A DNA stretch of 64,000 nucleotides from assembly GCA_043732185.1 (NCBI GenBank), contig JAYTHY010000087.1, positions 1-64,000 of the forward strand, written 5' to 3'. Below are positions 37,895 to 46,657 of this stretch, one piece after another. Below the pieces are notes generated by a model. It was not told where the DNA came from, did no database searches, and saw only the letters and a list, made by a program, of their open reading frames with translations. The position numbers and the translations under genes are program-made. The DNA comes from Fibrobacteria bacterium. Its GTDB lineage: Bacteria > Fibrobacterota > Fibrobacteria > UBA11236. Each line of letters opens with the position of its first letter. Within the stretch, counting starts at the first letter, position 1.

Positions 37895-38549
37895 CCATGC
37901 GCGTCCGGAACCTGGTCAAGTCTACGGCATGGGCCGGATTCTCACTGGATGTTGAGATGATTTCTTGATTGGCGAAACCACCGATAACCTGCCAATAATA
38001 CCTGTGCTCACAAAGGAGGACACGGGCGGCCAGCTCATCCGGCGTGCAGCCCAAAGGGACCGGTACTACGCGCTGCAGGACGATTTGTCCTTCATCATAC
38101 GCATCATTAACCATATGAATAGTGATGCCCGAAAATTGGGCCCCTCTGGCTATCACTCCCGCGTGAACCTTTGACCCATAAAAACCTTCCCCACCAAAGG
38201 CCGGGAGCAATGCCGGATGAATATTGAGTATCCGATTTTTGAGTTCCGCCAATAAGGCGGTTGGCACTTTTTTCATATACCCGGCCAAAACCAAAAGGTC
38301 GATGGCATGGCTTCGGACAAGTTGTATCATCCGCGCCGTGGCGCTATCCTCACTGCCTTCAGTGACTCCGCTGACATGATAAACATGCGCACCATAGGCT
38401 TTGGCTTTTTCCAAAGCTCCAGACTTGCTGTTATTGGAAAGAACGAAACCGATTTCAACCGGCAGTTCGCCACTGCGGATTCGGTCTAGGATCGATTGGA
38501 GGTTGGATCCTCCGCCGGAGGCGAAAACGCCTATGCGGAAAGGGGCCAC
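37875..38549 (-). CDS. purN: Phosphoribosylglycinamide formyltransferase
   Basis: ASGGGSNLQ, LAGYM, NIHPALLP, YDEGQIV. Confidence 0.96.
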   Translation of the reverse strand: MAPFRIGVFASGGGSNLQSILDRIRSGELPVEIGFVLSNNSKSGALEKAKAYGAHVYHVSGVTEGSEDSATARMIQLVRSHAIDLLVLAGYMKKVPTALLAELKNRILNIHPALLPAFGGEGFYGSKVHAGVIARGAQFSGITIHMVNDAYDEGQIVLQRVVPVPLGCTPDELAARVLLCEHRYYWQVIGGFANQEIISTSSENPAHAVDLTRFRTRMDAGDGR

Positions 38550-38556
38550 GACAGAG

Positions 38557-40173
38557 TCAGACTTTTACCGACGCTGCGGTTTTTTCGGAGGCAGCCGTTG
38601 CCAGTGATTCATTGACTTCCGCTTCCCGCAACGTTTCTTGCAGGGAATGGGAATGCGACGACTGGGCCTTGGGTTTAGAATAGCCGCTGGAGGCCTGTGG
38701 GGCGCCGTGCCGCTTGAAAAGGTGTTTGACCAAAGTACCCGCTCCACGGAAAACGCGGTACCTTTCACGGCTATTAGTTAAGGCCATGACGGCCTGCGTG
38801 AAAATATAAGCAGGGCGTAGATAGAACTCGCGGCGAGCCCGGTCGCAAAAGTCGACCAAATCCTGAGATGTGAGCCCCTTACGGATAACGGTGGTGTTGT
38901 GCTGCCCGTCCTTATCCAACCATTCATCATAATCCTGGCTAGCGAGTTCACCACGGGATTTGGCCTCATCATATGCAGTCGTTCCAGGATAGGCCATGAT
39001 GGGATAAAACTGGGCCGTATTGGGATTAAGCATTTTGGCCATTTCAAGGGTGCCTTGCAGCGTATCCTTAGTATCACCCAAGTTACCCACCATAAAGCAG
39101 CCATGGATAAGAATACCGGCTTTGTTGGCCGATTCCATGAATTTTTCCGACATGCCTTTGGCCAGGCCCTTCTTCACATTCTTCAGCACTTCCATAGAAC
39201 TGGATTCAAAGCCGACGCAAAGCTCTCGGCAACCGGCCTTCTTCATGACGTCCAGAACTTCAAACTTCACATCGGCCCGCGCATTGGCGGACCAGGTGAT
39301 TTTGAGCCCGCGGTTGATGACCTCCTGACACAGTTCAGCGGTTCGTGTCGGATGGGCCGTAAAAGTGTCGTCTTCAAAGAAAATCTCGCCTAGATCAGGA
39401 AAATTTGCTTTGATGAACGCCATTTCGTCCACCACGTCCGTGATGCTGCGCTTGCGATAGGTGTGTCCAGTCAAGGTTTGCGGAATGACGCAGTACGTGC
39501 AGCGGAACGGACACCCGCGCCCGGAAAGGATCACAATGAGTGGGTTAATATTGGCGCCGTAGAAATAACGCTTATAACAGGAGAACAAATGCTTATGATA
39601 GACCTTGCTGACCCAAGGTAAGGTATCCAAATCCTCGATTTTGGGGCGTTCAGGATTTCGCACCATCTCTTCGCCATCGCGCCAGGAAATGCCCAAAACT
39701 TTACGAGCATGATCGGGACCGTCTCCACGCAGATGACGTACTAGTTCACGCGCAGTATAGTCGGCTTCACCGGAGATCACAAAATCTACGGCCATTTCCC
39801 GCTCTAGAATTTCCAAAGGCTCGGCGGTGGCATGGGTTCCCATCAATGAAATTTGACAGGTATATCCCTCTTTAAGGGCGGCCTCTTTAATAGCCTTGCC
39901 CACGCGCATATCGTTGTTAATGGATGGTGTCGAGGTGTTGAGCACAGCAAATTCGGGTTTGAACTCGCGGATTTTGGCTAGGGTGGCTTCCAAATCCAAA
40001 TCCATCGCTGGAGAATCAATAACTTGAATTTCATTCCCGTCTGCTTCCACGCAGCCCGCTGCATAGGCCATGAACATGGGCCAATAAAGCGTGCTGGATT
40101 TGGTGACGCAGGGACTTCTAGATTCTCTGGAAAACATAGGGAAATAAGGAGGATTCAAGAACAGGACCTTCAT
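38557..40173 (-). CDS. Cobalamin-binding-domain radical SAM protein (HpnJ/BchE-like)
   Basis: N-terminal B12-binding-like domain (GTHAT, GEAD); GRGCPFRCTYC, FEDDTF, GFES, YPGT. Confidence 0.9.
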   Translation of the reverse strand: MKVLFLNPPYFPMFSRESRSPCVTKSSTLYWPMFMAYAAGCVEADGNEIQVIDSPAMDLDLEATLAKIREFKPEFAVLNTSTPSINNDMRVGKAIKEAALKEGYTCQISLMGTHATAEPLEILEREMAVDFVISGEADYTARELVRHLRGDGPDHARKVLGISWRDGEEMVRNPERPKIEDLDTLPWVSKVYHKHLFSCYKRYFYGANINPLIVILSGRGCPFRCTYCVIPQTLTGHTYRKRSITDVVDEMAFIKANFPDLGEIFFEDDTFTAHPTRTAELCQEVINRGLKITWSANARADVKFEVLDVMKKAGCRELCVGFESSSMEVLKNVKKGLAKGMSEKFMESANKAGILIHGCFMVGNLGDTKDTLQGTLEMAKMLNPNTAQFYPIMAYPGTTAYDEAKSRGELASQDYDEWLDKDGQHNTTVIRKGLTSQDLVDFCDRARREFYLRPAYIFTQAVMALTNSRERYRVFRGAGTLVKHLFKRHGAPQASSGYSKPKAQSSHSHSLQETLREAEVNESLATAASEKTAASVKV

Positions 40174-40298
40174 TGCAGAGCCTCCGATTTACGCTTTTCG
40201 CTTGATTTTTAAAAATCGCACCGATTCCGGCGAATCGATTTCGAGTGGCAAAGTACCTAGATACCTTAACAAAATCAAATATACGTCCAGGCTCGAAT

Positions 40299-41627
40299 TT
40301 AGCGTGCGCGAAATCTCTGAATCTCTGATTTATCGAAGATTCCCAGGTCCGTTTCAACTTCGAATTTTGCGAAATTTGAACCACATTCCAAACGAATCCT
40401 ATCAACCCCGGCAAACAATAGATGAATGCCCGTGTAAAAGCTGGAATGGAAGTCTCGTTCCATTAGCGCTTCATGGTTCCAAAGGCTGGCGGATTCCATA
40501 CCCAGCACCCCCTGCAATCCATAGAAGGCGCTCCAGCGCCACAGCCGAATCACCCTTTTGGCGATTAGATCGGTGCGGTTTTCCAGGGTGAGGAGCATTT
40601 CACTCTTCCCTTGATAGGCATCATGAGCAAAGCCGCGCAAGGTATTGATTCCACCCACATGAAATAAATCGTACCGCCCAAAGGTGCCGTCCAGATTTCC
40701 AGTTCGGTACTGGTACAAACTGGATATTTGCAAAGTGTTCCTATGCAGCCATGTGAGATAAACACGCGAATCGGAAAGCCATTCGGTATAGTCCGCAGGA
40801 CCGCCGAGCCAGCCTCCATTTTGGGTCAGGCGCAGCTCCTGATACAGTCCATGTCGCGCATCATGATGCCGATCGCGACTGTCCCATAAAAAGCCTCCCC
40901 CTAGCCTCGGTACCAAATCACCTTTTGAATTGAGCAACACGCGGTCTTTTGCCGCTCCTCGCGTTTGTAGGTAGAAGGCTTCGCCTGCATAAAGAAGATG
41001 AATGGCTCCGCCCAGATGATGTACCAAGTCCAGTTTTGCCCGCCAAGAATCTTCGTGGAAATCCTCGAATCCATTAAAGCTGTTCACTCGTAATAGGGCT
41101 AGGTCATATTCAATCGGCAACCCTGCCAATTGCCTGGCACTCAGGGAAGCCTGTGCTTCTGTGGTACCGCCAAAACGGCTAATGAATTCTGCTCGGATAC
41201 CCTGACCCAGAAAATTTAAGGAAGCTAAAGCCGGTCCCAAACTCAGTCCATCCTGTTCGGTTTTAGCTATGGCTATAAACGGAATATAGGGTGGCAGTTC
41301 CCGAAAGGTGTACGTCAGGGACACGGAGCTATCGGAAATACTTTGCTTCAGTTCCACATCCGCGAAAATATCCAGATCAAGCAGTCTTTCCCGCTCCTCT
41401 TCCCACTTGGCGCAGCGGAATGGGGAACCCACTTGGTTGCCGAGTTCCCGCAATATCAGGGCGTGTGATGTAGTATGGATGCCTTTAAAATCCACATCGC
41501 GCACAGGCATGGATTCCGCTTCCTGGCACGCAGCGGCTACCCTAGGCTCGGCACATAGAACCATTGAGGCACAAAGTGAGATGGCCAAGGCGAGGAAATG
41601 AGTTTGAAAAAAATTTCCTCTGCGCAT
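40299..41627 (-). CDS. Omp85 (BamA/TamA-like) surface antigen with one POTRA domain
   Basis: DVDFKG..T....ILREL, LLDLDIF, NFLGQG, loop-6 motif GGINTLRGF. Confidence 0.8.
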   Translation of the reverse strand: MRRGNFFQTHFLALAISLCASMVLCAEPRVAAACQEAESMPVRDVDFKGIHTTSHALILRELGNQVGSPFRCAKWEEERERLLDLDIFADVELKQSISDSSVSLTYTFRELPPYIPFIAIAKTEQDGLSLGPALASLNFLGQGIRAEFISRFGGTTEAQASLSARQLAGLPIEYDLALLRVNSFNGFEDFHEDSWRAKLDLVHHLGGAIHLLYAGEAFYLQTRGAAKDRVLLNSKGDLVPRLGGGFLWDSRDRHHDARHGLYQELRLTQNGGWLGGPADYTEWLSDSRVYLTWLHRNTLQISSLYQYRTGNLDGTFGRYDLFHVGGINTLRGFAHDAYQGKSEMLLTLENRTDLIAKRVIRLWRWSAFYGLQGVLGMESASLWNHEALMERDFHSSFYTGIHLLFAGVDRIRLECGSNFAKFEVETDLGIFDKSEIQRFRAR

Positions 41628-41644
41628 GGCCGATAATCGCTACA

Positions 41645-42823
41645 TCAAGTCTTGAACTTGGTCCACTTCTTTGTGCTCTTGTTGCTCTCCAATGCCGTTT
41701 CAATAAAACACATGCCGCGTAAACCTTCGTTGACACTGGGAAAATCCAGAGCCAACTTGTCGGGCTTGGTTCCCAGAATATGAGCGGCAACGGTATCGGT
41801 AAAGTTCAGATAAACATTGGCGAAGGCTTCCAAAAAGGCTTCGGGATGACCAAAGGGTAGCCTGGAAGCGCGGGCTGCTGCTGGGCTTTTTTGACCGATG
41901 TAATCATTGCCGCGACGCCAAACTTGTACGGGTGCATTTATATTCTTGACGTGCAGGTAATTGGGATGTTCCTGATGCCATTCCAAACTTCCCTTGTCGC
42001 CATATACCCAAATGGCCAGGCCATTCTCCTCGCCGATGGAAATTTGGCTGGCGTACAACACGCCCTTTGCGCCATTTTCAAACTTGAGCAGAAGGTTGCA
42101 GTCATCATCCAGTTGTCGACCCGGTACAAAAATATTGAGGTCCGCGCACATATGCGTTGCCTTAAGCCCCGTTATGTATTCAGCCAAATTCTCGGCATGC
42201 GTGCCGATGTCACCCACGCAACCGGCTCCGCCGCTTTGCTTAGGATCTGTGCGCCATGCTGCCTGCATGCTTCCGGTTTTTTCCAATGCCGTGGCCAACC
42301 AGCCCTGCGGATAGATGGCGACGACCTTGCGTACTTTTCCAATGTCGCCTTGGCTGACCATATCACGCGCCAGCTTCACCATGGGATAGCCCGTGTAGTT
42401 GTGGTTTAGGCAGAACACCAGGCCTGATTTTTTGACCAGTTTCTGAAGCTCCTTGGCGTCTTTGACACTGGTGGTCATTGGCTTTTCGCAATGCACGTGA
42501 AATCCGGCTTTGATGAAATCCCGAGCAATGGGAAAGTGCCAGTTGTTGGGTGTGGTGATAACGACGAAATCGATGCGTTCCCCTTCGGGGAGTTTTTTCT
42601 CGTTCGCGATCATTTCCTTATAATCGGAATAGACACGCTTGGGATCCATTTTAAGACTTGCGCCCATTTGATGGGAACGCTCCGGATTGATATCAAAAGA
42701 ACCGGCCACCAATTCGATTCGACCATCGAGTCCAGCTGCCTTGCGATGGACATTGCCTATGAATGCGCCAGGGCCGCCCCCGACCATTCCCATTTTCAGT
42801 TTTCTGTTAAGTTTGTCGTACAT
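41645..42823 (-). CDS. Gfo/Idh/MocA-family oxidoreductase
   Basis: GMVGGGPGAFIG, TPNNWH, CEKP, GDIGTH, GHPEAF. Confidence 0.92.
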   Translation of the reverse strand: MYDKLNRKLKMGMVGGGPGAFIGNVHRKAAGLDGRIELVAGSFDINPERSHQMGASLKMDPKRVYSDYKEMIANEKKLPEGERIDFVVITTPNNWHFPIARDFIKAGFHVHCEKPMTTSVKDAKELQKLVKKSGLVFCLNHNYTGYPMVKLARDMVSQGDIGKVRKVVAIYPQGWLATALEKTGSMQAAWRTDPKQSGGAGCVGDIGTHAENLAEYITGLKATHMCADLNIFVPGRQLDDDCNLLLKFENGAKGVLYASQISIGEENGLAIWVYGDKGSLEWHQEHPNYLHVKNINAPVQVWRRGNDYIGQKSPAAARASRLPFGHPEAFLEAFANVYLNFTDTVAAHILGTKPDKLALDFPSVNEGLRGMCFIETALESNKSTKKWTKFKT

Positions 42824-42917
42824 GATTCTCTCCGGAGTGGGTTAAAAGCGAAGGTTAATGGGCCGTCTTTTCAAATCAAGGTAAAAACTTACTCATTTAT
42901 TTGGTTCGATCAATAGT

Positions 42918-44339
42918 CTAAACATTCAGCCATTCCGTATGGAAAGATCCTGGCTTATCCACACGCTCATAGGTATGCGCGCCAAAATAATCGCGCTGCG
43001 CTTGCAACAGATTGGCTGGCAGGCTGGCTGTTCGATACTGATCATAATAGGCCAAGGCAGAACTAAAGGCCGGAATAGCGATACCGTTTTTAGATGCCTC
43101 AGATACAGCCAGACGCCAATTGGCCTGACCCTTGCGTATCACATCGGTAAAGTACGGGGCCAGAATTAAATTAGCCAGGCCCGGTTCGGTGTCAAAAGCC
43201 TGCTTGATTTCTTCCAAGAACTGGGCCCGAATAATGCAGCCACCACGCCAGAGCATGGCTATCTGACCGTATTTGAGATCCCAGTTGTATTCTTTCGCGG
43301 CTCCGCGTAAAAGCTGGTAACCCTGTGCATACGACATGATTTTGGAAGCGTACAAGGCATCATGGATAGCAGGTAGGAATGTGGCTTTATCCAGATTGAA
43401 AGTTAAGTCCGGCCCGGGAAGCTTGGCAGATGCCGCCACGCGTTCCTCTTTCATGGAGCTGAGGCTTCTTGCCACCACCGCCTCCATCATGGTAGGAATG
43501 GGAATGCCCAAGTCCATGGCGTTCTGGGAAGTCCATTTACCGGTGCCTTTTTGTCCCGCGCGGTCGAGAATAATATCGACGATATATTTTCCGGTTTCCG
43601 AATCTTTTTTGGTCAGGATATCGCGTGTGATTTCAATCAGATAGGAATTCAGCGGACCCTTATACCATTCAGCGAATACGTCTCCGATTTCCGGTGCCGT
43701 CATTTTAAGGAGCACCTTCATCATGAAATAGGCTTCACAAATCAGCTGCATGTCCCCGTACTCAATCCCGTTGTGGATCATTTTGACATAATGCCCAGCG
43801 CCGTCAGCGCCCACCCATTCACAGCACGGAATGTCATTGTTGGGGCCCACCTTGGCGGCTATGGCTTGGAAAATAGGTTTGAGATCCGGCCATGCTGAAG
43901 TCGAACCACCGGGCATGATGGATGGGCCTTTCAAAGCCCCCTCTTCCCCACCGGAGACGCCAACGCCAAGGAAACGCAACCCTTTTTGTTCTAACGCTTT
44001 GGTTCGACGCACGGAGTCGGGGAAATAAGAATTGCCACCGTCGATGAGAATGTCGCCTTTATCCAACAAGGGTACAAGCTGATCGATTAAATCGTCCACA
44101 GCCTTTCCTGCCTTGACCATCATCATGATTTTTCGAGGCGATTTGAGCGACGTCACCAACTCTTGAAGCGAATGCGCGCCAATTAACTTTTTGCCTTTTC
44201 CCCGTCCTTGCACAAGCTCATCCACCTTGGCAACCGTGCGATTGAATACCGCCACGGTATAGCCACGGCTTTCCATGTTTAGGACCAGGTTTTCTCCCAT
44301 TACTGCCAGGCCGATAAGGCCGATATCCGCTTGCGCCAT
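42918..44339 (-). CDS. gndA: 6-phosphogluconate dehydrogenase, NADP-dependent, decarboxylating
   Basis: GLAVMG, DGGN, SGGEEGA, KMIHNGIEY, QKGTGKW, QAQRDYFGAHTY. Confidence 0.97.
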   Translation of the reverse strand: MAQADIGLIGLAVMGENLVLNMESRGYTVAVFNRTVAKVDELVQGRGKGKKLIGAHSLQELVTSLKSPRKIMMMVKAGKAVDDLIDQLVPLLDKGDILIDGGNSYFPDSVRRTKALEQKGLRFLGVGVSGGEEGALKGPSIMPGGSTSAWPDLKPIFQAIAAKVGPNNDIPCCEWVGADGAGHYVKMIHNGIEYGDMQLICEAYFMMKVLLKMTAPEIGDVFAEWYKGPLNSYLIEITRDILTKKDSETGKYIVDIILDRAGQKGTGKWTSQNAMDLGIPIPTMMEAVVARSLSSMKEERVAASAKLPGPDLTFNLDKATFLPAIHDALYASKIMSYAQGYQLLRGAAKEYNWDLKYGQIAMLWRGGCIIRAQFLEEIKQAFDTEPGLANLILAPYFTDVIRKGQANWRLAVSEASKNGIAIPAFSSALAYYDQYRTASLPANLLQAQRDYFGAHTYERVDKPGSFHTEWLNV

Positions 44340-44462
44340 AATTGTCTGATGCTCCTCTACATAAAGAAAATAGCCGCGCCTTGGGCGCGAAGGTAAGCTC
44401 CTAAAGTTACATAAGTTACCGGACCGTGGAACTGCTAATTCCGACTTTGTAATTTATCCACC

Positions 44463-46055
44463 ATGATTGCAAATTCGACGAAAGGAACGCGTACCATGAA
44501 AGCCCATCGCACTGTACCCGCTTTTTTATTCTTAGGATTGCTCACGGGAGCGCTATCTGGAACCCCGGCTTTTTGCAAGGACTCCAAAGAGGAGGCTAGG
44601 CCCAAACGAGGCAGCATTGACCTGGGAAAGGGCAAACCCGCCCAAAGTGATCAGGCCAAAATTGATTTGCTCAACGGCGTTTTCACAAAGGTAGTGGAAG
44701 CCGTCGCCCCAAGTGTAGTCAGTGTAAATACTGAAAAAAAATGGTCAGAAAAAGAGAGACAGTTCAACCATCCCTTCTTTGAATTCTTCGGCCAACCCCA
44801 ACAGCCTGGAGGACCCGAAGACAATTCTCCCAAACGCAACATTCCTTTAGGTGGCGGTTCCGGATTTATCGTTTCCAAGCTGGGCTATGTTTTTACCAAT
44901 GCACATGTGGTTGAAGGTGCAGACATTATCAAGGTTAGCCTTCTCAACAAAAAAACTTACATCGCTAAAGTTGTCGGTGTGGACAAGAAAGCCGATGTAG
45001 CTGTTCTAAAAATCCAGGCTAAACCCGAGGATCTGCCCGTGATCGCTTTTGGTGATTCCAAAAAGGTTTCCACCGGTGAATGGGTGATGGCTATTGGCAA
45101 TCCATTCGCATTACAAAATACGGTTACAGCCGGAATCATTTCCGCAAAAGGTCGGCGCGACCAAGTACAACAAGGCGATGCGTACCAGGACTTTATTCAA
45201 ACCGATGCGGCCGTAAATCCTGGCAATTCCGGTGGGCCGCTGGTTAACCTCAAGGGTGAAGTGGTTGGCATCAATTCAAGCATCTATACGCGAACCGGTG
45301 GATATATGGGTGTGAGCTTTGCCATTCCTATCAACATGGCCGTAAAAGTTGCGGAAGATCTGATTTATGAAGGTAAAGTGACTCGCGGATACTTGGGCAT
45401 AGGCATCGACAATGTTTCCGAAAATCTGGCGGATGCTTTAGGATTGCCGAATACACAAGGCTGTCTGGTGCGTGAGGTGATTAAGAATGGTCCAGCCGCC
45501 AAAGGGGGACTCAAGGAAGGGGACATCATCCTAACGGTCAACAATGCCGGAGTACAGGACGCGGCCGATCTCCGCAACCTGGTTGCCGATCTCAAGCCCA
45601 ACGAAAAATACAATTTCGATATCCTAAGAGACGGCAAACGCACCTCGATTGGAATAAAGATTGGCGCCAAACCGGAAGAAAATGAAGCATCCGGTGACGA
45701 CGCCATTTCCTCGCCTGAACCGGAAGAAGAAGGGGGAAGTTACTTCTCCAAAAAACTTGGCATTCATTTTGGAACGTTAGATAAGGATGCGAGAGTCAAA
45801 TATTCCATCCCCGATGATCAATCAGGATTGGTCATAACAGGAATCGCCGATGGTTCAAATGCCGCGGAGAATAGTCTGGTAGAAGGGATGGTTCTATCCA
45901 ACTACAAGCGTCAATCGGATGGAGGGTTTATAAAAGTGGAAGATCCCAAGAAGCTGCTGAATGTTTTGAAGTCCTTGAAGAACGGGGAGAAAATCGCGTT
46001 CAAAGTGTATTTCAAAGGCCGCACGGATTTCATTGCGCTGCAGGCTGAGGAGTAG
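44463..46055 (+). CDS. degP: DegP/DegQ (HtrA) serine protease with PDZ domains
   Basis: TNAHVV, DVAVL, IQTDAAVNPGNSGG, RGYLGI; signal peptide. Confidence 0.92.
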   Translation: MIANSTKGTRTMKAHRTVPAFLFLGLLTGALSGTPAFCKDSKEEARPKRGSIDLGKGKPAQSDQAKIDLLNGVFTKVVEAVAPSVVSVNTEKKWSEKERQFNHPFFEFFGQPQQPGGPEDNSPKRNIPLGGGSGFIVSKLGYVFTNAHVVEGADIIKVSLLNKKTYIAKVVGVDKKADVAVLKIQAKPEDLPVIAFGDSKKVSTGEWVMAIGNPFALQNTVTAGIISAKGRRDQVQQGDAYQDFIQTDAAVNPGNSGGPLVNLKGEVVGINSSIYTRTGGYMGVSFAIPINMAVKVAEDLIYEGKVTRGYLGIGIDNVSENLADALGLPNTQGCLVREVIKNGPAAKGGLKEGDIILTVNNAGVQDAADLRNLVADLKPNEKYNFDILRDGKRTSIGIKIGAKPEENEASGDDAISSPEPEEEGGSYFSKKLGIHFGTLDKDARVKYSIPDDQSGLVITGIADGSNAAENSLVEGMVLSNYKRQSDGGFIKVEDPKKLLNVLKSLKNGEKIAFKVYFKGRTDFIALQAEE

Positions 46056-46066
46056 GGAATCCCTGT

Positions 46067-46291
46067 CCTGGGCTTGGGGCTGGCTCTCCGGGACGATGAC
46101 TGCGGCGGGTCGGCGCGGGTTCGCTGTGGTCTGGTTGGACGAGCGGCTGGTCGATGCTCTGGGGATTCTGCTCACGGCCCGCTTGGGTTGGTTGGTTTGG
46201 GTCTTGTGATTTGCGGGCGTGAGCCCAGGCCGCGCGTCCCCGCCTTGGCCGCCTTCGTCAAATGCCCCGGAGAACCAGCCCCAAGCCCAGG
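46067..46291. repeat. Long imperfect palindrome with 26-bp terminal inverted repeats (25/26 match)
   Basis: 46067-46092 cctgggcttggggctggctctccggg pairs with 46266-46291 cccggagaaccagccccaagcccagg; inner hairpin ctcacggcccgc/gcgggcgtgag at 46171-46223. Confidence 0.8.
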
Positions 46292-46348
46292 GGAGCGAGG
46301 TTCACTTGGTGCGGTGGCGTTGGGGACGAGGGATTTGGGAGTGGGAAT

Positions 46349-46468
46349 GGGATGAAGGCGGGGATGAAGGCGAAGAGCGCGCGGAAGAACGCGCAAGAGA
46401 ATGCGTAGGACGGCAGGGAGATTTTGAAGAGAACGTGCAGGGAAATTTTGAGGAGAATGTGCAGGGAG
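46349..46468. repeat. Purine-rich tandem repeats with 12- and 24-bp periods
   Basis: gggatgaaggcg x2, three degenerate 12-mers, then gcagggaRattttgaRgagaaYgt x2 plus a partial copy. Confidence 0.75.
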
Positions 46469-46657
46469 TGGGGTATTTGCATTCACGATGTCATTCACTT
46501 TCAGTGCATAGTGAATACCACTTTTCGAGAACGTTTTTGTACTTCATTTGCAAATGCAAAAATGGGTGCGGTTGCTTCCATTAATGCATTTATGTCTCAT
46601 TTGGAACTTAAAAATTTCAATTGTTTTCAAATGAATTAGGTATCGGTGTAGAATAAA

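Noticed and set aside
869..42823. A single 3-keto-glycoside pathway cluster (Gfo/Idh/MocA, ThuA, DUF1080)
   Set aside because: The families are functionally compatible, but the genes are scattered over 40 kb in separate transcription units.
46349..46468. CRISPR array
   Set aside because: The repeats are directly abutting and degenerate, with no unique spacers and no cas genes.
46056..46657. tRNA, tmRNA, RNase P or SRP RNA
   Set aside because: I found no T-loop or cloverleaf, no GAGGAAAGTCC and no SRP loop motif. 6S RNA cannot be excluded without cmscan.
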